DNA of 64,000 nucleotides from Vairimorpha necatrix (Eukaryota): NCBI GenBank assembly GCA_036630325.1, contig CP142730.1, positions 62,001 to 126,000 of the forward strand, read 5' to 3'. Shown piece by piece: positions 1 to 11,788 of this stretch (position 1 is its first letter; each line of letters starts with the position of its first letter). The notes under the pieces were generated by a model. It saw only the letters and a program-made list of their open reading frames with translations, ran no database searches and was not told where the DNA came from. The position numbers and the translations under genes were made by a program.

Positions 1-643
1 CTCAGCTTTATATAACGAAAAACTTAAGATCACTGGATTATAAAATAGGTGTATATATAGAGAAATGATTAGATTCTGATCATCTGATGTTTTTTTTTTA
101 AATAAAGTATACAACAACACACATTCGATTAATTATCTATATTTTTATATCTCCCAATAAAACAAAATCGAGTATAATACAATATAACTACATAATTAAA
201 TGTGCTTTGTCTATCTGATAGGAAGCAAAGCTCATAGAATTATTCTTTTAATGATTGTACAAAATATTATTGTTGTTAAGGGTTGAATAAAGATATTTAA
301 AATATGAGGGGAATCAATGAAAAGAATTATTTTTTGATACAAACTAGAAACGAAAATTACGCACTGGAAACAGATAGAATGTAACTAATATAAAAGATTT
401 ATTGAGTTAATTTATCATTAAGCTTAGGATTTCATAGCACATCTTTCCCAGGTATCGCTAATGGGATTAGCAAATTCAAAGACTTTGGTTTCTGTGGAAT
501 TATTAATATTTTCCAACTTCACTTTTTCAGCTTCAGTCCCCTTTGCCGACACCACTTCTTTAACAGTCGCCATATTAACTAGTGCGATTACAGCTCTAGT
601 CACTTCTTCTTTTCCAATGTAACTAAAAGCAATAATTTTTTAA

Positions 644-761
644 AATTACAGCACCCTGCTTTTCCGAGCGGTCTCCCATCTCAGTACTCACAAGGCTCTT
701 ACTGGCTTAACTTCGGAGAGCTGACGAGTTCCGGTGCATTACAGTAGATATGGCCGTAATT
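644..761 (-). rRNA. 5S rRNA gene
   Basis: The reverse complement reads AATTACGGCCATATCTAC...GCACCGGAACTCGTCAGCTCTCCGAAGTTAAGC...AGTACTGAGATGGGAGACCGCTCGGAAAAGCAGGGTGCTGTAATT (118 nt). It has eukaryotic 5S hallmarks (GGCCAUA, CCGAAGUUAAGC, AGUAC..GAUGGGAGACC), complementary termini and a following T-run. Confidence 0.95.
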
Positions 762-899
762 GAATTAAAACAATATAAATTTAATAATGTATAATTGACG
801 TTAACATCTGCTTATGTAATATACTGATAAGTGATTTATTTTTTTTTTATTGTACAATTCGAATTTTTTAAATTTATAGATTAAGAGATACACGTAAAC

Positions 900-1032
900 A
901 CAAATGGTTGTTGTCAATAACTTAATTCTTGTTTTCCATCCCCTCTAAGGAATTGTTTCTAAATACTTTTTGTAGCCAATCAAATCTGTCCATTTGTAAG
1001 AAGATGATTAGTCAGTATAAGATCGGCTACGA
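900..1032. repeat. Dispersed degenerate repeat, copy 1 (copy 2 at ~57535-57667)
   Basis: The two copies share collinear blocks: tgtcaataa, ttttccat(c/t)ccctc, ctttttgtag(c/a)caatcaaatctgtcca, atgatt..cagtat, gatcggctacga. Confidence 0.75.
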
Positions 1033-4000
1033 CAGTTAATATTGTATTTTTATAGTACTAGGAGATTTTTTTTCAAAATAGTAAAAACATATGTAGACAA
1101 AAAATCTCAGGAGAGCGAATCCTATCAATTATTTATGGACTTTTATAAGATTGAGCAATTGTTATACATAACATATAAAGTATAACTTAAGAAGCAAATA
1201 AACACAATAGTATTGGGTCAGGTACAATATTCCACATAAAAATTCCAGTCATGTCATTTGACCTAATATCACTTTATTTAATTACAACCATATAAATATA
1301 TATTTGGTTCTATAAATAATAGTTGACTTTTTAGTAATTTACGAACTAGATTTTATATTTTCTTATATACTTACATGTTCATAAAGACTTTATTTTTTCT
1401 ACCTGTATATATTAAAGAGGATAAATAACCTTGTAATTTTTTTAAAACAAAAATTAATGGGAAATTTTGATCATATTAAAGTAAAAGTTAATGTTTAAAA
1501 ATTATTTTTCATCTTTAATGAGAAAAACTAATTATATTGCAAAGGTGAAATTCACATCAATGGTAATATTCTCCCTTTGAATCCCAATTTCTTCTATTTC
1601 ATCCCACTCTACGCAATGTTTCTATTTTCATGATAGGTATCTTGTGTAGTGTAAAAACTGTTATTACTATCTAACTTTGGCTCTTTATATAATTTCAAGC
1701 CAACTTCTAGTCGATTTGTTTATGAAATTACATACGAAACGATTAACACAAAAAACACATCTTACCATAGAGTTATAAAGATTTTTTATCGCATTGGCTT
1801 TCAAAAAAAAATTAATTGAATAAGTAAAACATAAAAATTCTTTAGAAAATTTCTTGAAGTAAGCAAATCGTCGATAAATTAGAATATTTGTACCATGTAC
1901 AATATCGAAAATTACAAAGTAGTCTTACATGTAATTTTTTTATGATAAAATCCACAAGGCAAGTTTTTTGAATATTTTGCTAGATTTATTACCTTTTGTA
2001 TATTTAGTGCATGATAAAACTTGCCTTACGTTAACGTTATGTTATAGTCTTATTATTTTTTCAAAATAATTCAATCACTCATTCTATGCCATAAATTTTT
2101 GTTAAAAGAGAGGAATTTTTACAAGTATAAACATGATGATACTTAATCAACAACAGAGATAGTTAATTTAAAATATTATACATATAAAAACAGAGCTTGA
2201 TTCGTAAGGAAAATATAATGTTTGTCTCAACTCATTTTAATAAACGTAACCAAATGGGCGATGGCTCGAGTAATATTCAGATTTTCCATGATCATTATGT
2301 GATATAGTTAATAGGTGTAAAAAAATATCTCAAAACGCGACTTAGATGCAAACATATGCTGTTTTTAAATATAAAACCTCATTATCCGATATATACTTTG
2401 GATCGTCGAACTAACCTAAGAATTTATTTGTAAAAAAAGTTTCGATTTCTAGAAGATGTTTCACAAGGCGATAAATGTCCGTTACCTCTGTATATATCAT
2501 GATTAATGTTAAAAATATCTCTCTGGTAATAAAGCAGTTTTGCAAACATACTAAAAAATCAAGCGAAATAGATCATAGTATGCAGATATATCACCTGAGT
2601 CATTCATCATTTGCTATTTTAAATAAATACAATATACAAAGTCCTATGAGTACCTTTAAGCGATCCCAAGAACTAGATTCAATAAATCCCAGGCCTACGT
2701 TTTTGCAAATAAGAAGGAAAATTTGTGTTTTAGGAAATTCAAAGCTAGAAATTCTGGTTTACAATAATCATTATTACTTCCATTTCTATGCATGATTTCT
2801 CCATATTTATACACAAAAAGCGTAGCCGTCAATTTAAATATTAGTTTAACTTAATGCTATTTGCACTCGATCAATAATTTTTTGTATTATGATAATAAAT
2901 AATATTTTTGTTGGAGTTTAAATAAGATTCGTATCTTATTATTGTAGAGTTAATATTCGTTTATAAAAATTTTATGTATTTTAGAGATCTAAAAAATGTT
3001 TTGGTAATATTAAATATACAATTATTAATTGAATTATACTAACAGACATTTAGAATATTTTAAACGTTCACAATATTACTTTATTAAGGGTTTAAAGGCT
3101 TGTATAAAAAAAATAGATTTTTTCTATTGTATATTTGCATAAAAATATGAGCTCATGGGTTTAATCAGTGCACTGTGTTTTATTATAAAATTCATTTTTT
3201 CGCATCAGACTCACATATCTTATAATACTATTGTATAAGATATTCATAGTAAAAAATTTATCTATATTCATTGAATTAATTTATTAATTCCTGGCAAAAA
3301 TGCATGAACTTTACTGTATGTTGAAATTTCTCTAGCATAAAAAAATATGTAACACGATAAATTAATTTAACTTAACGTATCAAAAACACAAATTCACGTT
3401 AAGGGTAATTTCTTAAGGTATAATTATGAGATTTATCCAGTAGATTTAGTGAACACATGCATGATCATTATTTTATAACACGCTAATCATTTTTTATGCA
3501 ACAAAACAAATTAATGCAAAGCCATAACATTCGTAATGGTTATATAATGGTTAAAGGTGAATCTAACGCAAATAAAAGTACATGATTACATTTCATACAG
3601 AGAATATCTACTTTTATATTGCATTTATCCTGCTAAAAAATATTCTCTGTAATCATTTTGATCTAGATTAGAAAAAAATGGTAAAATATTGACACGATCA
3701 TTGTTGAAATCCCCGCGGAGTTTTCTATGCTAGCAAGTACAATGTTGTAAGTTTTGGAAGTAAAGTTTTACAGTATGATACTGAGATTATCACAGCTGAG
3801 AGTCTCTTTGATCGTATAGGAATGTTTCTTCAGCCTCTTACTTCGAAAAAATTTGTTTACTACGATAATATCACTTAATATGCTAAGGGGAATGTTTTTA
3901 GATTAGATACAGAAAAAAAAATTGTTTTTTTACCAATGTAACTTTAAGATTTTGCATTAAGAATATTTTTTAGGCTTAGTTCATAAAAAATAGTAACATA

Positions 4001-6689
4001 TAAAAATATCTGATATTGATACATCAAAATAACATACTATAATAATTAAAAAAGACCCTGTTTCATGTCATACGCTGTAGACGTATTTTAGATAACTTAT
4101 CAAAATTTCTAATATTTTTGTATTTTTCCAGCCATTTTAAATTTTAGTGTTTACATTAAATAATTAATGTGGAAAAAACAATTAATTATTACATTATTTT
4201 CGACTTCCTGCGAACGAAATTTCTCGTTAATTTTAATCTTAACTGTTAAATACATTTCTTCGGTAAATAATTGCGGAACATGCCATGGACAAAGGTTTTT
4301 TATAATAACAACAAAAAAAATCCGCAAAAAAGCTTTTTTAGTCTTTTAATTTCTTCTAAAACGTCAAAAGTAGATAAAAACGATAATAAAAATTAAATTC
4401 TATTTATGATATGCTAAAACTACAAAAAGATGACCATTAGGATTTACTTACTTTTGTTGACTAGTTTGTTTATAACATATATTTTAAAAAAATAGCTCAA
4501 GTCGGTTACGGTCTAATTATTATCCATTTTGGTTGTATTTGATATAATTTCAATAATATCTTTATGAGACAGTACTGTATCAAACACAATATCAAATGCT
4601 TATAAATATAGTTTCCCATTAATTACAATATTAATAATTTTATTAGGAACAAATTAGAAGTTTTTATTACATATAAACATTTCTCAGTCGGCGTATTATC
4701 ATACCAGAATTATAATAATCAATTGTAACAGATTTTTTTTATCAAAAGAGGCAGCTATTTGATCGCTCTAGAAATTTCTGTTGTTCTTCATTAATTCACT
4801 GTTGTTAAGCGAAATATGAACTCTTTATATCACTATTTTCATAATTACAATGGATTATAAAGCTAGATACTTTCAATACTGCAGTAAATAAAAACAATGG
4901 GTTTCAAATTTTTCATTTATTTAATAAAAAATATTGATAACACTAATATAAAAAACCGATTCATATATTAATATATAGTCTAAAAAATCACGATGTTTTA
5001 TTGGCGATTACTTTATCAGGCCAAAATATAATGTTAGGAAGTTACATATTGCGTCTTAGCAGAGTGCGGGAATAAATCAATATCGACTATATATATGGCG
5101 TTATGATTGATGTCAATAACTTTAAATAGAACAAACGCTTAAAAGACAATTTGGGTCATACGATAAGGTAAACAGAAGGTTCAAGTATGCATAATATAAT
5201 CGAAAACCCAGTAATGTATTTACAATTCTATAATTAAAAAATTGGGACAAAGAGAATGCTGGTAACCCATAAATTGTTTTATAAATATTTGTAAAATTAA
5301 TCTAACTACTTCTCATGTTTTTTTAAAAGGGTTTCAGATTAAAAAAATATTTTGGAAAAATCATAACACGTGTATCTGATTCAAAACCTTCAATCAAATT
5401 TTATTGATATATTTTTTTAATATTTTAATTGTCTTTGAATTTTTTAAAACAGATATTAGTAATGTTAGTTATTGATAAAAATAAAAGAGAATCTAAGAAC
5501 TATCGTAAGAACATTTGCAAAGATCCTCACATTTTCTTTTTTTTTTAAAAAAAAAAAGCTTTTGTTAAGAGTTTTCTTCTCGCGTATTAAAAGTTATTAT
5601 TAGACATTTAAAAGTCTTATAGAACTTCACAATTTATGGTACAAATATATGTATATATTTTCTCTTAAAAAACTTTTATAGAAAATCTTAACAAAATATT
5701 AGAAAAAAAGATAATATTTCATTAAATTTACGTTGGCTGTATGGAAATGCATAATCAGACAAATCATTTGTTTTTATCACTTGATTTTGTTTCATGTTAA
5801 ACTACAAGTAATGCTAGACATTTGGAATTGTTTTGTACTCATCAGAATTTACATTAGAATATCAATAATATTTCTAAGACAATAATATTTTTCATCCAAC
5901 GTTTGTTTTAGATGGTCTTAACAATAAACTTTATAATCATTAAAGTTTATTGAAAATTAGAGCGTCGTTAGAAACAATAATATTAACTTCGTTAAACTAT
6001 TTAGATGAAAACATATAAAAATCTGCGACTACAGGATTGTATGTTGTCTAACCCTTAATTATTATTATTTCGCGATGCCATATACCAGAAACTATTCTCG
6101 ACTATGTTTTAAAAAGTTAAATAGTAAAGAATGCCATTAAATTATCAATGAATAGATTCGTATTAAGAATTGTAAAATTTTATAAATATCAATAATATGA
6201 ATATATATCATAAATTTTTTGAATAACCCCAATTAAAAAAGTCATTAAGAGTTTCTGAAGTTAAAAAAATACAGCCCGAAATTATAAGTTTTTATTTGTG
6301 GTATTAGCCACAATCCAAGAAAATCATTTTTTCTTATAAAAAATTTTTCAAGAAAAAATGAATTTTCGAGAATTTTTTTTTTATAAATATTTATTTTTGA
6401 AAAGAAGGGCATGAGCTACAAGAAGAGAAGTTATAAGCAAAGCCATGACAGGTCGAGACTAAACAAAGACCAATACAGCCCAGAAAAGCTTCTTTAAAAA
6501 ATTATTTAGAAATGTATTTTAAACTGGGCAAATACTAGTGATAACGTCAATAACAAAAATAAAAAACTATAATTTTTATAAATATGAGTTCCCTATTTTA
6601 TTTTGAACAAAAAAATTAATTGTGTTGCATAAAAAATAAATTGTATGAATTAAGTATGGATCATATAAGTATTATTGTCGAAAAGAACG

Positions 6690-6915
6690 CCGTTATAGCT
6701 TTTTTCGAACTCTAATAGTTGATTTAAAAAATCCAGTGGTAGAGTTTTAATCTGCAGTTATTAGGTAAATCATTTTGCAAAGTTGTAGCAGTAACTGGCA
6801 TACCTTTTATGTAAATTCATATTTTAATTCTTTCTTTAATTTATAATAGGTTAATTGTGCCCTGGAAATTAATGTATATAGATATTTTAGAATCCCAATG
6901 TTTTGTCGTGAACTC
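6690..6915 (-). pseudogene. Possible pogo/Tigger-like (CENP-B HTH) transposase relic
   Basis: Disrupted minus-strand frames give KGMPVTATTLQ...STTGF, loosely like the HTH_Tnp_Tc5 motif (GxPVTxxxLQ...ASxGW). Weak. Confidence 0.25.
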
Positions 6916-7563
6916 TATAAAATTATTTAGGTTCTTTTAACAGCTCAATAAAAAAAAATCGAAAGCTCTATCAATAAAAGAGAAACTATAAAGTTTGCTA
7001 GCGATATGTGGATTTACCTCAACAATTATACCTTTATAGCCCTTTACAATCGTAACTAACCATTAAAAATGGATTGTTTAATAGTCCAATCATCTTTCTG
7101 AGACATTAATCTACCAATATCAAATTCTTTTCCAAAGGATGTCTTGGATTTTTTATAGACGCTGAGATTTTTGGAATCATGTAATATTAATAAATACTGT
7201 ATAAAAAGAACTAAAAGTAAATCGATTAAAATAGATATATTAATAAGAATTAAACATCCAATTAAGCATTTGTGAAAATTTGCGCCCGAAATAGTAATTT
7301 ATCAAAAACAGATTAATTCTTAGGTAAATGATCTTTACAATTCAACAAAATAGACGATCATTAAAAAATTAATTTAATTGATTGTATGCCAATTACTATT
7401 AAGTCAAATTCTTACAAATATATCATACATATAAAAATATTGTGAATGATCTGTAAGTAATGCACACAGAAATTTATCTGCAGAAATCTAAATATCAAAG
7501 AAAACAACTTTTATCATTAAAAATTTATACATTGTTAACTAAGTCCTTATTTTTTAAATTTAT

Positions 7564-8410
7564 ATGGCAAATGAACAAAAATCATACAAAAAAGTTATAT
7601 TGAAAATAAAAAGACTAAACTGACACTTTTATAAAAATTATGCTATAATTTATTTGTTTTAAATTATACTCATGAAATTATTGGCTAGCTTCAAATATTG
7701 TTAATCTATCTCAATATGTCTCCTTTTCTCCTTTATTAACATAAATACAAAAAATGATGAGTATATATGTCAGGTAAAAAAGATCTCAATTAAAAAAGCT
7801 CAGAAAATTCAATTTTAAAGAGAAAAATCAGAAGAATCTGAATATTCTGATCTCACTAGCGACATAAAACAACAAAAATCTGAAAATTTTAGCTTCTTTT
7901 ATCTAAAACAAGCAGCCACGGAAGCAGAAAAGGGGCTAAATAAGAGACTTTACATAGAAAAAAGTTATATTCCAGAAAACTTGGATTGAGAACTTTTGAA
8001 AACAATTAAAGAAGTTAATAAAAGAGGGAGAAAAATAAAAAAGAAGGGGATAAAAATGTATCGGGACGTGCTAGCCTTCCAATTCAAAAAAATCTAGACA
8101 AATCAAAAAAAAAGAAGCAAGAAAAACAGAACCGCCTCGCAGAGAATAAAACTATAAGAAGTTTCTCTGACTTTGATAACAGTTTATTTAAGGAAAAAAC
8201 AATAGATGGTGTCGTTATGTTTTGTTGTGCGAAAAATGGCTGTAACAAAGAATTGCCAACTATTAGTAGAATTAAGCGCCATTACATATCCCATACGGAT
8301 ATAAACCTTTTGTTTGTCCATCAAAATCTCGTTCTGATAAATTTTCTATAAAAGACAATATGCTTCAACACTAAAAAGCGCATTGTAAAAGGACTAAAAA
8401 GGACGATTAG
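7564..8410 (+). pseudogene. C2H2 zinc-finger protein pseudogene
   Basis: 8190-8410 translates CCAKNGCNKELPTISRIKRHYISHTDI[frameshift]PFVCPSKSRSDKFSIKDNMLQH*KAHC. These are two C2H2 fingers with a frameshift, an in-frame TAA and a lost Cys. The upstream part also has stops. The 5' boundary is approximate. Confidence 0.8.
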
Positions 8411-8714
8411 CACTACTATATTGTATAAAAATTGTTTGAACAATTAGAACTATAGAACATAATAAATAGTAGACTTTGTTGAAATTTGTATTTTTGATAT
8501 TGAAAAAAAAATTTGTTTTTTTCAAGATGTCATATACACGCGACTTGTTGTAAAAATTATTTAAGACAAAATTTATTTAGTAATCTTTAAACATTATCAA
8601 AAACAAAAATAAAAAAAAACAGAATATGCGCGTTTTAATTTTTTAAAAATAATTTGACTCGTGTATATTTTTTATAAAAATAATTTGAGGTTAAAAGATA
8701 TATTTTAAATTTAA

Positions 8715-8752
8715 TGTTAACCATTTATTTATTAAGGGTTCTAAACCCTACA
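8715..8752 (-). repeat. E1 3' LTR (38 bp)
   Basis: Minus strand TGTAGGGTTTAGAACCCTTAATAAATAAATGGTTAACA, identical to 11751-11788 and preceded by the PPT. Confidence 0.95.
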
Positions 8753-11700
8753 TCCCCCCTCCAGACGGGTAGTCTCTCCATCTTCTAAACAACTCTTCCT
8801 TATCTCTTTCAAATCATAATGCCTCTTTTTAACAATTTTACCATCCAGTAGTCTCACAATATATGAATCATTTTCACTTATAGCTACGATCCTTCCGCGA
8901 CCCGTGAATCTTCCCTTGTCTGTTTTCGCACGTGTACCTAAATTTTCTCTCCTAGCGATTCTTACCTCTTGGCCTACTGTAAATGTCTCTCTGTGTCTTC
9001 TCTTGAACCGACCAGCATATTTTCCATTTTCATCATTTTCAATTATAACTTCAGCAGTTTGATCTCTCCACGCTTCCATCGGCGTACATTTTATTGCTGT
9101 ATGTAGTGTATTATTATATCCTTTGATTGCTCTTTCTATCTTTTCAGAAATATTCCCATCATTTTGCTTTATCAATGTCTCTCTTATAGTTCTGATGCAT
9201 CTCTCGATTCTACCATTACTCCTATGAGCTTCTAAGCCCACTTTCCTATGTTTAATATCATTAATACTACACTATTCTTTAAATCTATTACTTACAAACT
9301 CTTTTCCGTTGTCTGTCACATATTCCTCTGGAAATCCATCTTCCCTTATCCACTTTTGTAATACCTCTATAACTTCACTACTCTCTTTACATCTCAAATT
9401 CGAACCCCACAACCTTCTAGTAAAGTAATCAATACCCAGTAACACATACCTATTCTCTCCACCTATGTCCATTAAATCCAACGCCACTTTCTCCAATTTC
9501 TTTCTAGTTACTACGAAATCACATCCTCCTGTGTTTTTCCTATTGTTAATCCCACATATTTCACAATTCTTAATTACCTTATTAATATGATCTTTCATAC
9601 CAGGCCAATACCATCTTTGTTTAATGTTATAATAAGTGCCTTTGACACCTCTATGGTTTAACTCCTCATGTACTCTTGTTATTTAATGTTCTCTACTATC
9701 TAGGCTCAATATCTCTTTCACCTCACCTGTGGAAAATTCCCAATACTGTTTACCGTCCTTTTCTTTAATATGTTTCTGCATTTTCCCACAATTTGTTTTT
9801 CGATCACTTCTTTTCTCTTGTTGTCCTTTTCTTTTTGTTCATCCGAAACTTCTACCTGATCATACTGCCTGCTTAACGCATCTGCATCTGTCATCAACTC
9901 CCCTTTCACATACTCTATTGTAAAGTCAAACTCTTGTATCTGTTCTACCCATCTGTTTATTCTGTTATTATTGAAGTATGGCTTATTTCTGATCTCTGCT
10001 AATGCTTTATGATCCGTCATCAAATGAAATTTCCTTCCTCTCAAATCACTTTCAAACTTCTTTATTCCAAAAAACACCGCCAACATCTCCTTCTCACTTA
10101 TCGTATATCTTCGCTCGGTAGGAGTCAACATTTTCGATGCCCATTGTATCGGAATCCACTCACCCTCTTTATTTTCTTGAGATAGAATTGCTCCGATCCC
10201 CGTATCACACGCATCAGTTCTTACTCTAAATAGCTTTTTTCCGTCCGGAATCTTCAACTTTTTCATATCTCTCAAACCTTGCTTCATATCCTCAAAAGCT
10301 CTTTCCATATCCTCCGTCCAATTCCACTTAACATCTTTCTTTAAAGCCTCAGTAAGCCTTACTGTTCTATACGCATAGTTGGGAATAAAGTCTCTAAACC
10401 AACCAGTTAGTCCTAAAAATCTTCTTAACTCTCTAACATTCTCAGGTTTTCTATATTCCAATGTCTCCTGCTTTTTAATCTCATTCGGTCCCATGACCTC
10501 CCCATTAATTGTTACTCCCAGCAACATCACCTCATCTTTTTTGTATTGTATCTTTGTTTGGTTTATTCTCAACCCACACTCTTTAAACTTTTTAATTACC
10601 CTCTCTAGTAACTCGTCATGCACTCTTACGTCTTTACCATGAATAACTATATCATCCATATATACTTCCACGCCTTTACCTCTGAATTCATCTAAAACTC
10701 TGTTCATTACTCTCTGCATTATATGAGGCGAATTCTTAAACCCCATAACCATACTATTCCATTCGTATACTCGACCATTCACTTCAAATGCTGTTTTGTG
10801 CTTATGGTGCTCCTCAATCTCAATATGATAAAACCCTTCTTTTAAGTCGATAACCGTAAATACTTTTGACCCCTGTGTGGCTCTCATAATATCCTTAATT
10901 AACGGTAGTGAGTACGGGTCCTTGTCAACCAAATCGTTTAACGCCATCAAATTGCTTACCAATCTTACGTCCCCATTTGGTTTTTCAAGTGCTCTTATTG
11001 GACTCCTCCACTCACTTTTGGAACGTCTTATAACCCCTCTATTTTCCAACTTATTCAAGTACTCCTCAAATTTCACCCTAAGGTAGTATGGCACATTCTG
11101 CCCTCTTTTCACAACCTTTTCACCTTGCTTAGTATTTATTGGACACTTCTCTCCTGTGAGATATTTTATCTTTTCTTCTGATTCTTTAAAAACTTCCGGA
11201 TACTTTTCAATTAAATTTTCTAACTTATTTACTGTTTTACATCTTTTCCCTTCATTGTTGATAATTGGTTCTTTCTGTAAAACTTGTTCCTTTTTAATTT
11301 TATATTTTTCCCTACCAGCTACACTTTCATGACATTCTCTAGCGTAATGCCCTTCTTTCTTACATATAAAACATTTTGTAGTTTCTCTGATTTCTCTTCT
11401 TTTCCTATACATCCTAAGATTTTCTTTTCTTTCTTCCCTAAACTCTTTCAACACTTTATCCATAATCTCTTTAATCATTTCTTGTCTTTCTTCTGACTCT
11501 CTCTCAAATTCTGCTCCTTTTTGTAAGCCTTTATAAATTTCCTCCCAACTGCTCCTTCCGTCACAAAAATTTTCAAAAATATAATCCTGCAAGTTCGCAG
11601 ATGCCAAATCCATAACATCTTTCCACTCAACTTTCTCAACTTTCAATATTAACTTTAGTCTCTTATCTATCCTAATTGCCTCTTTCTCTAATGTTCTAGC

Positions 11701-11760
11701 CTCTTGACTACGGGACTCTCTTGTTTCCCTGTTCATCCTTGTGTTCGCCATGTTAACCAT
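8741..11760 (-). pseudogene. E1 Gag-Pol polyprotein (~1006 aa when reconstructed): mini-Gag + CCHC, RT, RNase H, integrase
   Basis: Joins ORFs 9718..11760, 9272..9598 and 8741..9241. Motifs: CFICKKEGHYAREC, FTVIDLKEGFYHI, YMDD, TDAC/EKEMLA/TDHKAL/ADALSR, integrase HHCC and D-D-E (TDNG, GRIER). Three lesions: a 1-bp deletion near 9779, TAA at 9683-9685 and TAG at 9272-9274. Confidence 0.93.
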
Positions 11761-11788
11761 TTATTTATTAAGGGTTCTAAACCCTACA
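11751..11788 (-). repeat. E1 5' LTR (38 bp), contains the first in-frame ATG
   Basis: Identical to 8715-8752. On the minus strand it is followed directly by the PBS TGGCGAACAC. Confidence 0.95.

Larger units (their letters stand above)
8715..11788 (-). mobile_element. Ty3/gypsy LTR retrotransposon E1, full length (3074 bp), 38-bp LTRs, no protease
   Basis: Identical 38-bp direct repeats at 8715-8752 and 11751-11788 (TG...CA). TSD TTTAA at 8710-8714 and 11789-11793. PBS TGGCGAACACAAGGA abuts the 5' LTR and PPT GGAGGGGGA abuts the 3' LTR. Gag CCHC, RT (YMDD), RNase H and integrase lie inside. Confidence 0.97.

Noticed and set aside
1540-1788. Decayed secreted-protein gene on the minus strand (MVRCVF/VLIVSYVIS...)
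   Set aside because: It needs several frameshifts and has no identifiable homologue in the window.
2475-2795. 106-aa ORF
   Set aside because: No recognisable motif or CCC context. The region may hold a decayed gene, but no call is supportable.
10198-10206. DTG as the retroviral protease active site in E1
   Set aside because: It lies in the RNase H motif TDACDTGIGAIL downstream of RT, not in a protease position.
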